Virus record (IMG/VR): IMGVR_UViG_3300017746_000077
Coordinates: 1 to 31,136 of that record
Length of the DNA: 31,136 nucleotides
Source of the DNA: a virus
Direction: 5' to 3' (one strand)
The first letter of the stretch is position 1; each line of letters opens with the position of its first letter. The notes beneath the pieces were generated by a model. It made no database searches. It was given only the letters and a program-made list of their open reading frames with translations, and was not told where the DNA came from. A program made the position numbers and the translations under genes. This document shows, piece after piece, positions 8,117-15,391 of the stretch.

Positions 8117-8639
8117 AAGCTGTTGTGCTATCTCTATATTGCCATTCCCATCCTTTTATAAGTAGTTCTATTCTTGTTAATGCTTCTCCTTCTAAATGTT
8201 TAGGTATTTGATTTACTAACTTATATAATGGTGTTTCGTTTTTTAATCTATGTATTTCTTCTTCAAGTTCTTTACATTTTACTTCTAAATAGTTTTCTCT
8301 ATTTATTCCTTTTAGATTCATACTTGTTTTAAGTACAATCATTCCTTCTATTTCTTGAATCTTTTTATTTGTTGATTTGTATATCTCATAGTTTTTCAAT
8401 GAGTGCATTACTGTTGCGTGATTAATAGGTGTTCCTGAATCCTCAAAGTATCTTGATATTTCAGTCCATCCCATATTTACTTTTTCTCTTAATATGTAGA
8501 AGAATAATCCTCGCATTTCTACTACTTCTCTTTTTCTTGTTTTTTCAAATATGTTTATTCCTGATAACTGTATTACTTTTTGAGCTATTTCATTTTGCAC
8601 ATTCCAATCATTATCCAATTCTATTATTTTTTTATTCAT
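8103..8639 (-). CDS. DnaA C-terminal (domain IV)-like helix-turn-helix protein
   Basis: EVVEMRGLFFYILREKVNMGWTEISRYFEDSGTPINHATVMHSLKNYE matches the Bac_DnaA_C pattern (R..a.yL.re.t..S...Ig..f...dHsTV.ha). Confidence 0.6.
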   Translation of the reverse strand: MNKKIIELDNDWNVQNEIAQKVIQLSGINIFEKTRKREVVEMRGLFFYILREKVNMGWTEISRYFEDSGTPINHATVMHSLKNYEIYKSTNKKIQEIEGMIVLKTSMNLKGINRENYLEVKCKELEEEIHRLKNETPLYKLVNQIPKHLEGEALTRIELLIKGWEWQYRDSTTAYAGE

Positions 8640-9345
8640 TTCTTAATTTTAAAAGGTTATAACATTCTGCGTATTTCTGTCTTGCCTTACCTTTGTATTG
8701 TTCTTTAAATAGTTCGTATAGTTTTTTTGTGTATTGATATTTGGTTTTACAATCTGCATAATATCTTTCAGCAAACTTTTTACCTTTACCTTTAAAGTAG
8801 TTTACATTGTCTGCTGTATCTCCTACTATCATCTGTTCATAGAAGTTATACAATGCTTCTTGTTCGCTTATGTCTAATACCTTTCTTGTTTTATAATGAT
8901 AGTTATACATTAAGCAAGGGAATTGTTTGTAGTCCTTGTCTATACTTACAATCATTACATTATCCCTTCCAAATTCATTTGATAGTGTTTGCCAGTATTT
9001 AGCTACTAAATCGTCTGTTTCTAATCCATATACAAATTTGCTTTCAAAAGTATCTTTAACGTATTGGTGCATATCGTGAAGAAGTGGAGGTAATTCTTGC
9101 TTCTTTCTGTTTGCTTTATATACTGGTGTTAGTATTTTTCTAAAGTTTCCTTTGCTTCCGTTAAATGTAATTACTTTTTCTATTTCGTAATCTTCTTCTA
9201 AATCGTTTACAATTTTCATATATTGTTCATCGAATTTAGCAATAGAATCTTCTATGTCTCTATAGTAAGGGTCTTGGTTTTCTTCGTCTTTTGTTCTGTA
9301 GCAACTTGCGAAGATTAAGCTGTCTGCGTCTATGAGTAATATCAT
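8632..9345 (-). CDS. 5'-3' exonuclease / flap endonuclease (T4 RNase H-like, PIN-like fold)
   Basis: N-terminal MILLIDADSLIF, then SIDKDYKQ and GDTADNVNYFKGKGKKFA. These correspond to the conserved acidic clusters and H3TH segment of the FEN family. Confidence 0.8.
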   Translation of the reverse strand: MILLIDADSLIFASCYRTKDEENQDPYYRDIEDSIAKFDEQYMKIVNDLEEDYEIEKVITFNGSKGNFRKILTPVYKANRKKQELPPLLHDMHQYVKDTFESKFVYGLETDDLVAKYWQTLSNEFGRDNVMIVSIDKDYKQFPCLMYNYHYKTRKVLDISEQEALYNFYEQMIVGDTADNVNYFKGKGKKFAERYYADCKTKYQYTKKLYELFKEQYKGKARQKYAECYNLLKLRNE

Positions 9346-9369
9346 TCTATAAAAGTAATCAAAATTGGT

Positions 9370-9391
9370 TTATAAACAAAATGTTTAATAA
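9370..9391 (-). promoter_or_regulatory. Early promoter/operator-like 22-mer TTATTAAACATTTTGTTTATAA
   Basis: Lies between terminator 9399-9425 and the FEN start at 9345. Near-palindromic. Confidence 0.5.
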
Positions 9392-9398
9392 TCTAATT

Positions 9399-9425
9399 AA
9401 AAAAAAAGGGAGGTTTTACCCTCCC
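9399..9425 (-). terminator. Intrinsic terminator
   Basis: GGGAGG-GUAAAA-CCUCCC followed by U9. Confidence 0.8.
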
Positions 9426-9432
9426 ATTGTTA

Positions 9433-9645
9433 TTATTGATTGTTTAAATGATAGCTTGTTAATCCGTTTGGATATTCGCCTTCAAATATTAATTGTTTTT
9501 TTAATAGCGAACCTAAAACACCTTTTAATTGGTCTTTGCTTCCATTAAAACTATCGATTATATTATCAAAACATTCTGCAGGTGTTTCTTCGTAATCATC
9601 TCCCCAAGATATAATCTCTAATACTTTTTCTTCTAAATTTGTCAT
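9433..9645 (-). CDS. Acidic 70-aa early protein; apparently its own transcription unit
   Basis: 13 D/E versus 5 K/R by count. Regulatory region 9646-9731 lies upstream and terminator 9399-9425 downstream. Confidence 0.6.
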   Translation of the reverse strand: MTNLEEKVLEIISWGDDYEETPAECFDNIIDSFNGSKDQLKGVLGSLLKKQLIFEGEYPNGLTSYHLNNQ

Positions 9646-9731
9646 TTTTTGTTTTGTTTTTAATAATTACTTCGTTGTAATTATATAGCTAATATATAAC
9701 AACTAAAGTTATAAACAAAATATTTAATAAC
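9646..9731 (-). promoter_or_regulatory. Duplicated ~90-bp intergenic regulatory region, copy B
   Basis: See copy A. Confidence 0.6.
9709..9730 (-). promoter_or_regulatory. Early promoter/operator-like 22-mer TTATTAAATATTTTGTTTATAA
   Basis: 21/22 identical to the copy at 9370-9391. Directly after stop 9732 and upstream of the acidic 70-aa gene. Confidence 0.5.
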
Positions 9732-10142
9732 TTAATTTAGATTTATTCTTGTGGCTTCGTTTTCCTTGAGTAAATAAACAGGTTTAAGTAATCTTTTTTT
9801 AGTCCATAGTGTAGTATCAGGGCAATACATATCTACTGGTTCTGGAAGTTTTAAAGTGTTTAACCAATACAGGTAATTACCTTTAGGGTCATTTACAAAA
9901 TAAAGTTTAACTACTTCTTTATCCATTTTCATTAGAGCATCATATTTAGACTTCTCTAACATTTTATCTTCATAATATTTATTTCTAAACTTCATTTCTA
10001 TTACACAAGGATTTCCTTTGCGTGTAAAACCACAAGCGTCATAGTGTTTAAAACCATCTCCAGTCCATTCTAAATTCCAGCCATCAAAGTTCAAAAATTT
10101 AACTACAGCTTCTTCAAGTTTTTTAATAGTTTTAATTCCCAT
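9732..10142 (-). CDS. PD-(D/E)XK-fold nuclease-like protein
   Basis: YDACGF...PCVIEMKFR fits the D...(D/E)xK core of restriction-endonuclease-like and resolvase folds. Confidence 0.4.
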   Translation of the reverse strand: MGIKTIKKLEEAVVKFLNFDGWNLEWTGDGFKHYDACGFTRKGNPCVIEMKFRNKYYEDKMLEKSKYDALMKMDKEVVKLYFVNDPKGNYLYWLNTLKLPEPVDMYCPDTTLWTKKRLLKPVYLLKENEATRINLN

Positions 10143-10341
10143 TATCCCACACTACGTTTAATTCTTGAATCCATTTATTAATTAGTTTTGGATTGCAGGT
10201 ACAAGGGTGGTGCATCGGATGCTTATAGTAGGTCGAGTGGAACTGACAAACCATTTCAAATTCTTCACGACTAATTGTTGATTTTTTTGAAAGCCTAAAT
10301 TCTTCCCATCTTTTGAAATCATATTTATTAAATTTTACCAT
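10132..10341 (-). CDS. Cys/His-rich hypothetical protein
   Basis: 69-aa ORF containing HPMHHPCTCNP. Overlaps both neighbours. Confidence 0.5.
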   Translation of the reverse strand: MVKFNKYDFKRWEEFRLSKKSTISREEFEMVCQFHSTYYKHPMHHPCTCNPKLINKWIQELNVVWDNGN

Positions 10342-10481
10342 CTTTTAATTTTTATCTCATTGAATTTTTTTCTCCTTTTATCACATCCACAATCTGTTCC
10401 AGTCTTTTTTGAATACCAATCTACAAGCCATTTAATGCCTGTATATTTTGTGAAGTAAAATATCAAGTCTCCTAATCTCAT
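10335..10481 (-). CDS. 48-aa hypothetical miniprotein
   Basis: Manual translation gives MRLGDLIFYFTKYTGIKWLVDWYSKKTGTDCGCDKRRKKFNEIKIKRW. ATGA overlap with the upstream stop. Confidence 0.45.
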   Translation of the reverse strand: MRLGDLIFYFTKYTGIKWLVDWYSKKTGTDCGCDKRRKKFNEIKIKRW

Positions 10482-10984
10482 ATTAATTCGTTTATATTAT
10501 TTAATTGATTGTTTTTAATGAAATAACCATTTGTTTTTAATTTGAAATTTGTTCCATTATTTCTTTTTCTTAAAGTACCTTTTTTTAAAAATTCTGATTT
10601 TTGTAATAATTCATCTTTTGTAACCCAGCCACATATTTCTAAAACATTGTTTTTTTTGTTCAATGAATTAAATATATATATTTCGCAATCAAATTTATCT
10701 TGAAAGGCTATCAAATGGTGTACATATTCATCCTTCATAAATACATTTCTACCCATAGTTTTTACATCAACTTTTTTATTCTTATACAAAAAATCAAATC
10801 CTCCATCAAATCCATTAGTAAACTTATGTTTTACATTAAATACTTCTTTAGTCAAAACTTCTCCTAATAACCCTACTAATTGGTTTTCTTTATTTCCATT
10901 AGCAGAATGTCTGTTACCCATATTATTATTTTGCAAATAATTCCAACATTTTAATTTTAGTTCTTTTGGTATGTCTATTGTCAT
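10478..10984 (-). CDS. PD-(D/E)XK-fold nuclease-like protein
   Basis: GLLGEV...GFDGGFDFLY.NKKVDVKT fits an E...D...(D/E)xK arrangement. ATGA coupling to the sigma gene. Confidence 0.4.
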   Translation of the reverse strand: MTIDIPKELKLKCWNYLQNNNMGNRHSANGNKENQLVGLLGEVLTKEVFNVKHKFTNGFDGGFDFLYKNKKVDVKTMGRNVFMKDEYVHHLIAFQDKFDCEIYIFNSLNKKNNVLEICGWVTKDELLQKSEFLKKGTLRKRNNGTNFKLKTNGYFIKNNQLNNINELI

Positions 10985-11460
10985 AATAATTTTTTTAGTT
11001 TCTCTTTTACTTTTTTATAAGTGTTGTAAAGTGAATAGTAAGGTATGCCAGACTTTCGTGATAGTTGTGCAATACTTTCTCCACCTTCTATTATTTCAAA
11101 TATCTTTTTATCATACCAATACATATTGTTTAGTTCGTTTTGTATTGTAGCATATACATCTTCATAGTTAGCACAATCAAAGTCTGCTAAAAAATCCCTC
11201 ATATTGTCTATAGATAATGTAGTCACTTTTGCTTCTTTACGTTTTAAATCCAAGAATAAAGATTTCAATGTTTTAAAAATATAGTAATAATTATAGTCAT
11301 CTCCAAAATCTATGTCTAAACCTTTGTTGATTCTTTTTTGAATCTTGATGTACATTTCTTGTGTTATATCTTCTGCAGTTTCTTTATTGCAGCCAAAGGA
11401 GCAAACAATGTCAATCCATACTTGATGTTTCTTATAGATTTCCGATAAGTAATTCTTCAT
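10981..11460 (-). CDS. ECF-like (group 4) sigma-70 family RNA polymerase sigma factor
   Basis: 159 aa. Region 2-like AEDITQEMYIKIQKRI...YYYIFKTLKSLFLDLKRKE and region 4-like HTH ESIAQLSRKSGIPYYSLYNTYKKVKEKLKKLL. No region 1 or 3. Confidence 0.7.
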   Translation of the reverse strand: MKNYLSEIYKKHQVWIDIVCSFGCNKETAEDITQEMYIKIQKRINKGLDIDFGDDYNYYYIFKTLKSLFLDLKRKEAKVTTLSIDNMRDFLADFDCANYEDVYATIQNELNNMYWYDKKIFEIIEGGESIAQLSRKSGIPYYSLYNTYKKVKEKLKKLL

Positions 11461-11463
11461 AAT

Positions 11464-12312
11464 TTAGTTTTGTAATGGGTCGTATAAATCCCCTACGATT
11501 TCAGGTAGTCCTATATCATTTACCTTAAAACTAAATGTCTCAAACGCATAACCTCTACTTCTTTTGCACTTAACGGTTATCCATTCTTTATTAACTGTAT
11601 TTGCTTCTAATTGTATTTGTGTTTCTGCTTTTTTTTCTAAAAAACTTCCAAGATGTCCTGTAGGTTTATCAGAACCAAAGTTAGAATGTATCACACACAT
11701 AATATGTACTTTATGTTTAGCTGACCATTCCATAAGTCTTTGAACACAAGCATTAGATTCTTCAATATTGTTAACGTCTGCACATAAGTCTGCAATACCA
11801 TCTACAATAAGTAGACCAGCATTTTCTGCTTTATGTTCTAAACAATAATCTATAAAATCAATTCTGTCTTTATAATTTATAGTTCTTAAACCATAAGTCA
11901 AGTAACCATTAGATGTTCCAGACATTTCTGCTACTCTTTTAAAAACTCTTTGACAATGCCATTTACCTTGTTCTGTATCTATGTGAATTAATTCTTTGCC
12001 TTCTCTATGACCTTTTAAATCTCCTCCGAAATGATTTTGGTCTGATAAATAAACGGAAGCTATTAATGATATAAAGAATGTCTTTTTAGTCTTTGGAGGT
12101 GCTTGTACAAAGCTAAAGTTTCCATAAGTTCCAATAGGTATTGGCAAAAGCATATCTTTTATTTTTCCTTTTATTAATGTTTCTCCAAGCGATAAAGCTA
12201 CAGGAGGGTAATCTAATTTTTCATTTATATCTATATTACAATCTTCTTCAATAGATTGCATTATAAGATATTGTTCTGTTTGTTGTTCGTCCAGTCGTAA
12301 TTGCATTTGCAT
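11464..12312 (-). CDS. RecA-fold replicative ATPase (RepA / DnaB C-terminal / AAA_25-like)
   Basis: P-loop-like APPKTKKT, Walker B LLIVDGIADL, plus HIDTEQG and CVIHSNFG. Sits in the replication module. Confidence 0.6.
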   Translation of the reverse strand: MQMQLRLDEQQTEQYLIMQSIEEDCNIDINEKLDYPPVALSLGETLIKGKIKDMLLPIPIGTYGNFSFVQAPPKTKKTFFISLIASVYLSDQNHFGGDLKGHREGKELIHIDTEQGKWHCQRVFKRVAEMSGTSNGYLTYGLRTINYKDRIDFIDYCLEHKAENAGLLIVDGIADLCADVNNIEESNACVQRLMEWSAKHKVHIMCVIHSNFGSDKPTGHLGSFLEKKAETQIQLEANTVNKEWITVKCKRSRGYAFETFSFKVNDIGLPEIVGDLYDPLQN

Positions 12313-12320
12313 AAATATAT

Positions 12321-12345
12321 AAAAAAAAGGGGTGTGTTAGACCCC
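12321..12345 (-). terminator. Intrinsic terminator or attenuator between the SSB-like and ATPase genes
   Basis: GGGGU-CUAACAC-ACCCC followed by U8. Only ~8 nt separate it from the next ATG. Confidence 0.65.
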
Positions 12346-12371
12346 TCTTAAAAAAAAATGTTTTTTAGTTC

Positions 12372-12665
12372 TTAAAATGGTAAGTCATTTGATACAGGAG
12401 CAGAAGCATTTACTTCTTCTCTTTCTGCTAACTTTATAATGTCGTTAGTCCAAACTACTTTACCATTTCCAAGATAGTTTCTTTGTGCTTTAGCTTCACG
12501 TTCTTCTTTTGTTTGTGAATCCATTACAGCTACATTGTTACCGTATCTTGTTTCGTCATTTACTGAAATTGTTAAGTTATAGTAAACAGCTCCGTCTTTA
12601 CCTTTGATAAATTTTTCTTTAGGTAATTTATCTACCCTAATACTTGCATTGATAATTGCACTCAT
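12372..12665 (-). CDS. Putative single-stranded DNA-binding protein
   Basis: 97 aa with a beta-rich core and a C-terminal ...SNDLPF tail resembling the SSB acidic tip (DDIPF). Adjacent to the replicative ATPase. Confidence 0.45.
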   Translation of the reverse strand: MSAIINASIRVDKLPKEKFIKGKDGAVYYNLTISVNDETRYGNNVAVMDSQTKEEREAKAQRNYLGNGKVVWTNDIIKLAEREEVNASAPVSNDLPF

Positions 12666-12668
12666 AAT

Positions 12669-12839
12669 TTATTGATTTTTTATATTAATATTATTTTCTT
12701 TTGTAATCCATTTACCTTGTAGGTCAATAACTGTATAATTGTGTTCAGTTAAAAGATTAATTGCTTTATTTAACTCTTTTGCTTTTTGCCTATAATGGTC
12801 AAATATTTGATTTTCAAATGCGTTATGTTCTTTATACAT
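12669..12839 (-). CDS. 56-aa hypothetical protein
   Basis: Manual translation gives MYKEHNAFENQIFDHYRQKAKELNKAINLLTEHNYTVIDLQGKWITKENNINIKNQ. The start overlaps the upstream stop by 8 nt. Confidence 0.45.
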   Translation of the reverse strand: MYKEHNAFENQIFDHYRQKAKELNKAINLLTEHNYTVIDLQGKWITKENNINIKNQ

Positions 12840-13260
12840 CTTTCTTAATTTTAGTTATTAATTCTTCTTTTGTAGTTTTCTTTTTAAATGATTCAGATTC
12901 ATCTTCTGACATTACACCAAGTTCATAAAACCCTGATAGTTTTAATACACCTCTACTCATTGCACGTTTTTCTGCCATTTCAGCTACATACCAAGAATTA
13001 GTAGAACCATCTTTATAACCTGCACCTTTTAATGCACTTCCAAATGTTTCTATTTTAGAATCGCCTTTAGTTGCAATAGCTTTAAATACTGCAAAGTTAG
13101 GTTCGCACTTTACTACATCATAAGTAATATTAATTTGTGCTTTAGCTTGTATAGCATCAATTCCTGCACGAGTAATTATTGTGTAGTGTTGATGTTTAAA
13201 AAAGTGATTAGGATTTAATTCGTACTTCTCGTAAAGTTCTTTTAATTTTTCTTTGTTCAT
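12832..13260 (-). CDS. Conserved phage replication/recombination-module protein, function unknown
   Basis: 142-aa ORF with the motif ETFGSA...WYVAEMAEKRAMSRGVLKL. I have seen this in phage DNA-metabolism modules but cannot assign a family. Confidence 0.5.
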   Translation of the reverse strand: MNKEKLKELYEKYELNPNHFFKHQHYTIITRAGIDAIQAKAQINITYDVVKCEPNFAVFKAIATKGDSKIETFGSALKGAGYKDGSTNSWYVAEMAEKRAMSRGVLKLSGFYELGVMSEDESESFKKKTTKEELITKIKKDV

Positions 13261-13442
13261 AATGTCAGTAGATTTTGCGATTGTACTTCCAATTTAGCTT
13301 CTAAAACATCTTTTGCTTCTAAAGTAAATTGTAATTGTTTTTTAAGTTTTTGTATTTCTTCTTCTTTACCTTTGATAAAGTTTTGATAAAAACCAACTTG
13401 AACGTAATGTTCGTGATAGGAAATTGTTCTTTCTTTTGTCAT
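13257..13442 (-). CDS. 61-aa coiled-coil hypothetical protein
   Basis: The track ORF 13257..13475 starts at a GTG lying inside the promoter-like motif. The ATG at 13442 (MTKERTISYHEHY...) is preferred. Confidence 0.5.
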   Translation of the reverse strand: MTKERTISYHEHYVQVGFYQNFIKGKEEEIQKLKKQLQFTLEAKDVLEAKLEVQSQNLLTL

Positions 13443-13471
13443 ATATTTATTTTTAAATGAATTATAAATAT

Positions 13472-13493
13472 ACACAAAATATTTAATAAAAAA
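13472..13493 (-). promoter_or_regulatory. Early promoter/operator-like motif, variant TTATTAAATATTTTGTGT
   Basis: Abuts terminator 13488-13517, about 30 nt upstream of ATG 13442. Confidence 0.45.
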
Positions 13494-13517
13494 AAGGAGC
13501 TAATAAAATTAACCCCC
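13488..13517 (-). terminator. Intrinsic terminator after ninG
   Basis: GGGGGUUAAU-UUU-AUUAGCUCC (9 bp with 2 G-U pairs) followed by U8. Confidence 0.55.
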
Positions 13518-13561
13518 TTTCTTGACAAAGACAAATGTACAGAACACTATAAATATATAAA

Positions 13562-13951
13562 TTAGTTTAAGTCGTTTATTAACAAGTTATATTTATTTAT
13601 TAACTCCTCTATTTCAGGTGTAGAGAATTTAGTTATTTGTTTTGCCTTATAATAAAGTGCTTCTGAACATCCAGCTCCATATTCTAAATCAAGATTTTTA
13701 CCAAAAATAAATTGTTCCCCATACTTAAATACATTGCAACCTGCGCATTGTACTTGACAGTTTATTTCATCCCATCTTGTTGAATAGTGTTTACGACTTT
13801 GGAAGTGTCCACATTGTAATTTTTTCCAATGATTTTTTTTGCCACAAGTAAAACATTGAGCTATTTCATTTTTAGCATATCTTTGTCTTATATATAAACT
13901 AAATACTTTGTCAAGTTTTTTTATAAGTTTACTTCTGCTTAATTTCTTCAT
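13562..13951 (-). CDS. ninG: NinG/Rap-like recombination endonuclease
   Basis: The cysteine pattern CFTCGK...CGHF..R......W...NCQVQCAGCN..K.G matches the lambda NinG family. Confidence 0.7.
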   Translation of the reverse strand: MKKLSRSKLIKKLDKVFSLYIRQRYAKNEIAQCFTCGKKNHWKKLQCGHFQSRKHYSTRWDEINCQVQCAGCNVFKYGEQFIFGKNLDLEYGAGCSEALYYKAKQITKFSTPEIEELINKYNLLINDLN

Positions 13952-14032
13952 TAGTTGGTATGACGTTATTACATTTTAAACACAAGTAATAATAACCATT
14001 TTGGTTGATTTATAAATATAACATTTTTATTT

Positions 14033-14123
14033 AACAAAAAAAACAATACAAAAAAAAAAAAAAGAAAAAAAAAAAAAAAGGACAAAAAGAAAAAGAAAGA
14101 AAAAAGCCTACAAAAAAGAAATA
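14033..14123. repeat. Polypurine (A-rich) low-complexity tract; polypyrimidine on the transcribed strand
   Basis: Read directly: A14 (14050-14063) and A15 (14065-14079) runs within ~90 nt made almost entirely of A and G. Non-coding in all frames. Confidence 0.9.
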
Positions 14124-14190
14124 ATTTTAATTACCTGTTCCAAGCACCATCCATCTTTATTAGGTTGTGCAAGTTTTGCTATAAGCCAGA

Positions 14191-14198
14191 CAAATATA
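14191..14198 (-). promoter_or_regulatory. TAnnTTTG-type (Bacteroidota sigma-A -7 box-like) element TATATTTG
   Basis: Exact match to the published Bacteroidetes -7 consensus, at the upstream edge of the 264-bp late/early intergenic region. No clear -33 TTG seen. Confidence 0.25.
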
Positions 14199-14215
14199 TA
14201 AAATATTATTTAATT

Positions 14216-14623
14216 TTACTTTTTAATTATTTTAGCAGTTTTCTCTATACCTCTTGATGTAAAATAAAATCCTAAACTCATTATAACTATTTGACCAAGT
14301 AAATCAACGTATTGATTCGCTATATTAAATTCGCCTATGTTTCCGTCTATTAAAGCAAATAGAGTGTATAGAAACAAAGAAAATATAGTTAGCATAGGTC
14401 TTATGTTTTTACTTAACCAACTATCGCTTGACATATCTGCTGCGTGTCTTGATGTTATTTCTTTTTCTAAATCAAGTTCAGCTTTTATAAATATCTGCTC
14501 CATCTCTTTTTCAAATTGAGCTTTTTCAACTTTACTAAAAGTATGTGTGTCTATTATACCAGAAATTTTTTCTGCTATATTAGAACCTGCTGCTCCAAAA
14601 AGTTTTGCTAAAATATTTTTCAT
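14216..14623 (-). CDS. Holin, GTA_holin_3TM-like
   Basis: 135 aa. Soluble N-terminal part, then SWLSKNIRPMLTIFSLFLYTLFALI and QIVIMSLGFYFTS hydrophobic helices. Last gene of the late block. Confidence 0.55.
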   Translation of the reverse strand: MKNILAKLFGAAGSNIAEKISGIIDTHTFSKVEKAQFEKEMEQIFIKAELDLEKEITSRHAADMSSDSWLSKNIRPMLTIFSLFLYTLFALIDGNIGEFNIANQYVDLLGQIVIMSLGFYFTSRGIEKTAKIIKK

Positions 14624-14720
14624 AAACTAATTTTAATATGATTAATGTAATTGAAATTGTAAATAAGTTAGGATGCCAATGTTCCCCACAAAAACCTAAT
14701 AAGTGTTTTATAGTTTCCAT
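14580..14720 (-). CDS. 46-aa membrane miniprotein
   Basis: Manual translation gives METIKHLLGFCGEHWHPNLFTISITLIILKLVYEKYFSKTFWSSRF. Starts 3 nt after the lipoprotein stop and overlaps the holin start. Confidence 0.35.
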   Translation of the reverse strand: METIKHLLGFCGEHWHPNLFTISITLIILKLVYEKYFSKTFWSSRF

Positions 14721-14723
14721 AAT

Positions 14724-15068
14724 TTAATTTTTCATTTTTATTTTACTATTATTAACCTCTAATCTTGAAATGTCTTTTGTTTCTGCTTTAGGTTTATTTA
14801 TAGTTTTGTTATTGTTTTTTTCTACATAAATAGGTTGGTTATTTCTATAACCTCTATTCCAATTATTGTTATACCAATTATCATAGTATCGTGGGTAATT
14901 AGGGTATGATATTACATTGTAATAGATATTTGGTCTAATCATATTAATAGGAAGCCTTAATGTATCTCCTTGTTCTGTAACTGCTAAAACGTGAGTTATT
15001 TGTATTTTAGGTTTTGTGTTGTATGTGCCACAACTAACTATAAATAATAACAATAGTAATATTCTCAT
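14724..15068 (-). CDS. Lipoprotein (outer-membrane spanin or exclusion candidate)
   Basis: Signal peptide plus lipobox MRILLLLLFIVSC|GTYN. The mature part is N/Y-rich. ATGA coupling to the upstream gene. Confidence 0.65.
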   Translation of the reverse strand: MRILLLLLFIVSCGTYNTKPKIQITHVLAVTEQGDTLRLPINMIRPNIYYNVISYPNYPRYYDNWYNNNWNRGYRNNQPIYVEKNNNKTINKPKAETKDISRLEVNNSKIKMKN

Positions 15069-15391
15069 TTTTCTAAATGTATTATATTAACTCTATCTTG
15101 TATTTCTTCTTTTGTTGCTTCTACTTTAAAACTTAAACCTGCCTTCCATTGACCACGAGGTTTACCGTTTTTGTCAAGTAAAATAATAGTAGGTACTGAT
15201 TTAATTTGTGCTTTCATAGAAGGAACTAAATCTTCTAATAAAGTCATTTTTACTTTACAATTCTTTATTCCTTTTAAATTATAATTATTTGATTGATTCC
15301 ATTTTGCGTTTATGTGCAGTAATATCAAATCTTGTGCATTACCTATTGAACATAATAACAAAACAAACAATACATATATTAAATGTTTCAT
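15065..15391 (-). CDS. Secreted thioredoxin-fold protein lacking the CxxC active site
   Basis: Signal peptide MKHLIYVLFVLLLCSIGNAQ. ILLHINAKWNQSNN sits where thioredoxins have F.A.WCxxC, and VPTIILLDKNGKP matches the cis-Pro loop region. Confidence 0.55.
   Translation of the reverse strand: MKHLIYVLFVLLLCSIGNAQDLILLHINAKWNQSNNYNLKGIKNCKVKMTLLEDLVPSMKAQIKSVPTIILLDKNGKPRGQWKAGLSFKVEATKEEIQDRVNIIHLEK

Noticed and set aside
8600-8620. DnaA-box-like sequences (e.g. TTATCCAAT at ~8610 and TTATCCATA at ~7376) as binding sites for the DnaA-domain-IV-like protein
   Set aside because: These are single imperfect 9-mers inside coding sequence. They are not clustered and are plausible by chance in AT-rich DNA. 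No iteron array was seen in any intergenic region.
14033-14123. Poly-A tract as a coding low-complexity region (poly-Lys or poly-Phe) or a eukaryote-like poly(A) signal
   Set aside because: No ORF with a plausible start spans the tract on either strand, and it sits in the only large intergenic gap. I kept it as a non-coding feature. I cannot exclude collapse or expansion of the homopolymer lengths during assembly.
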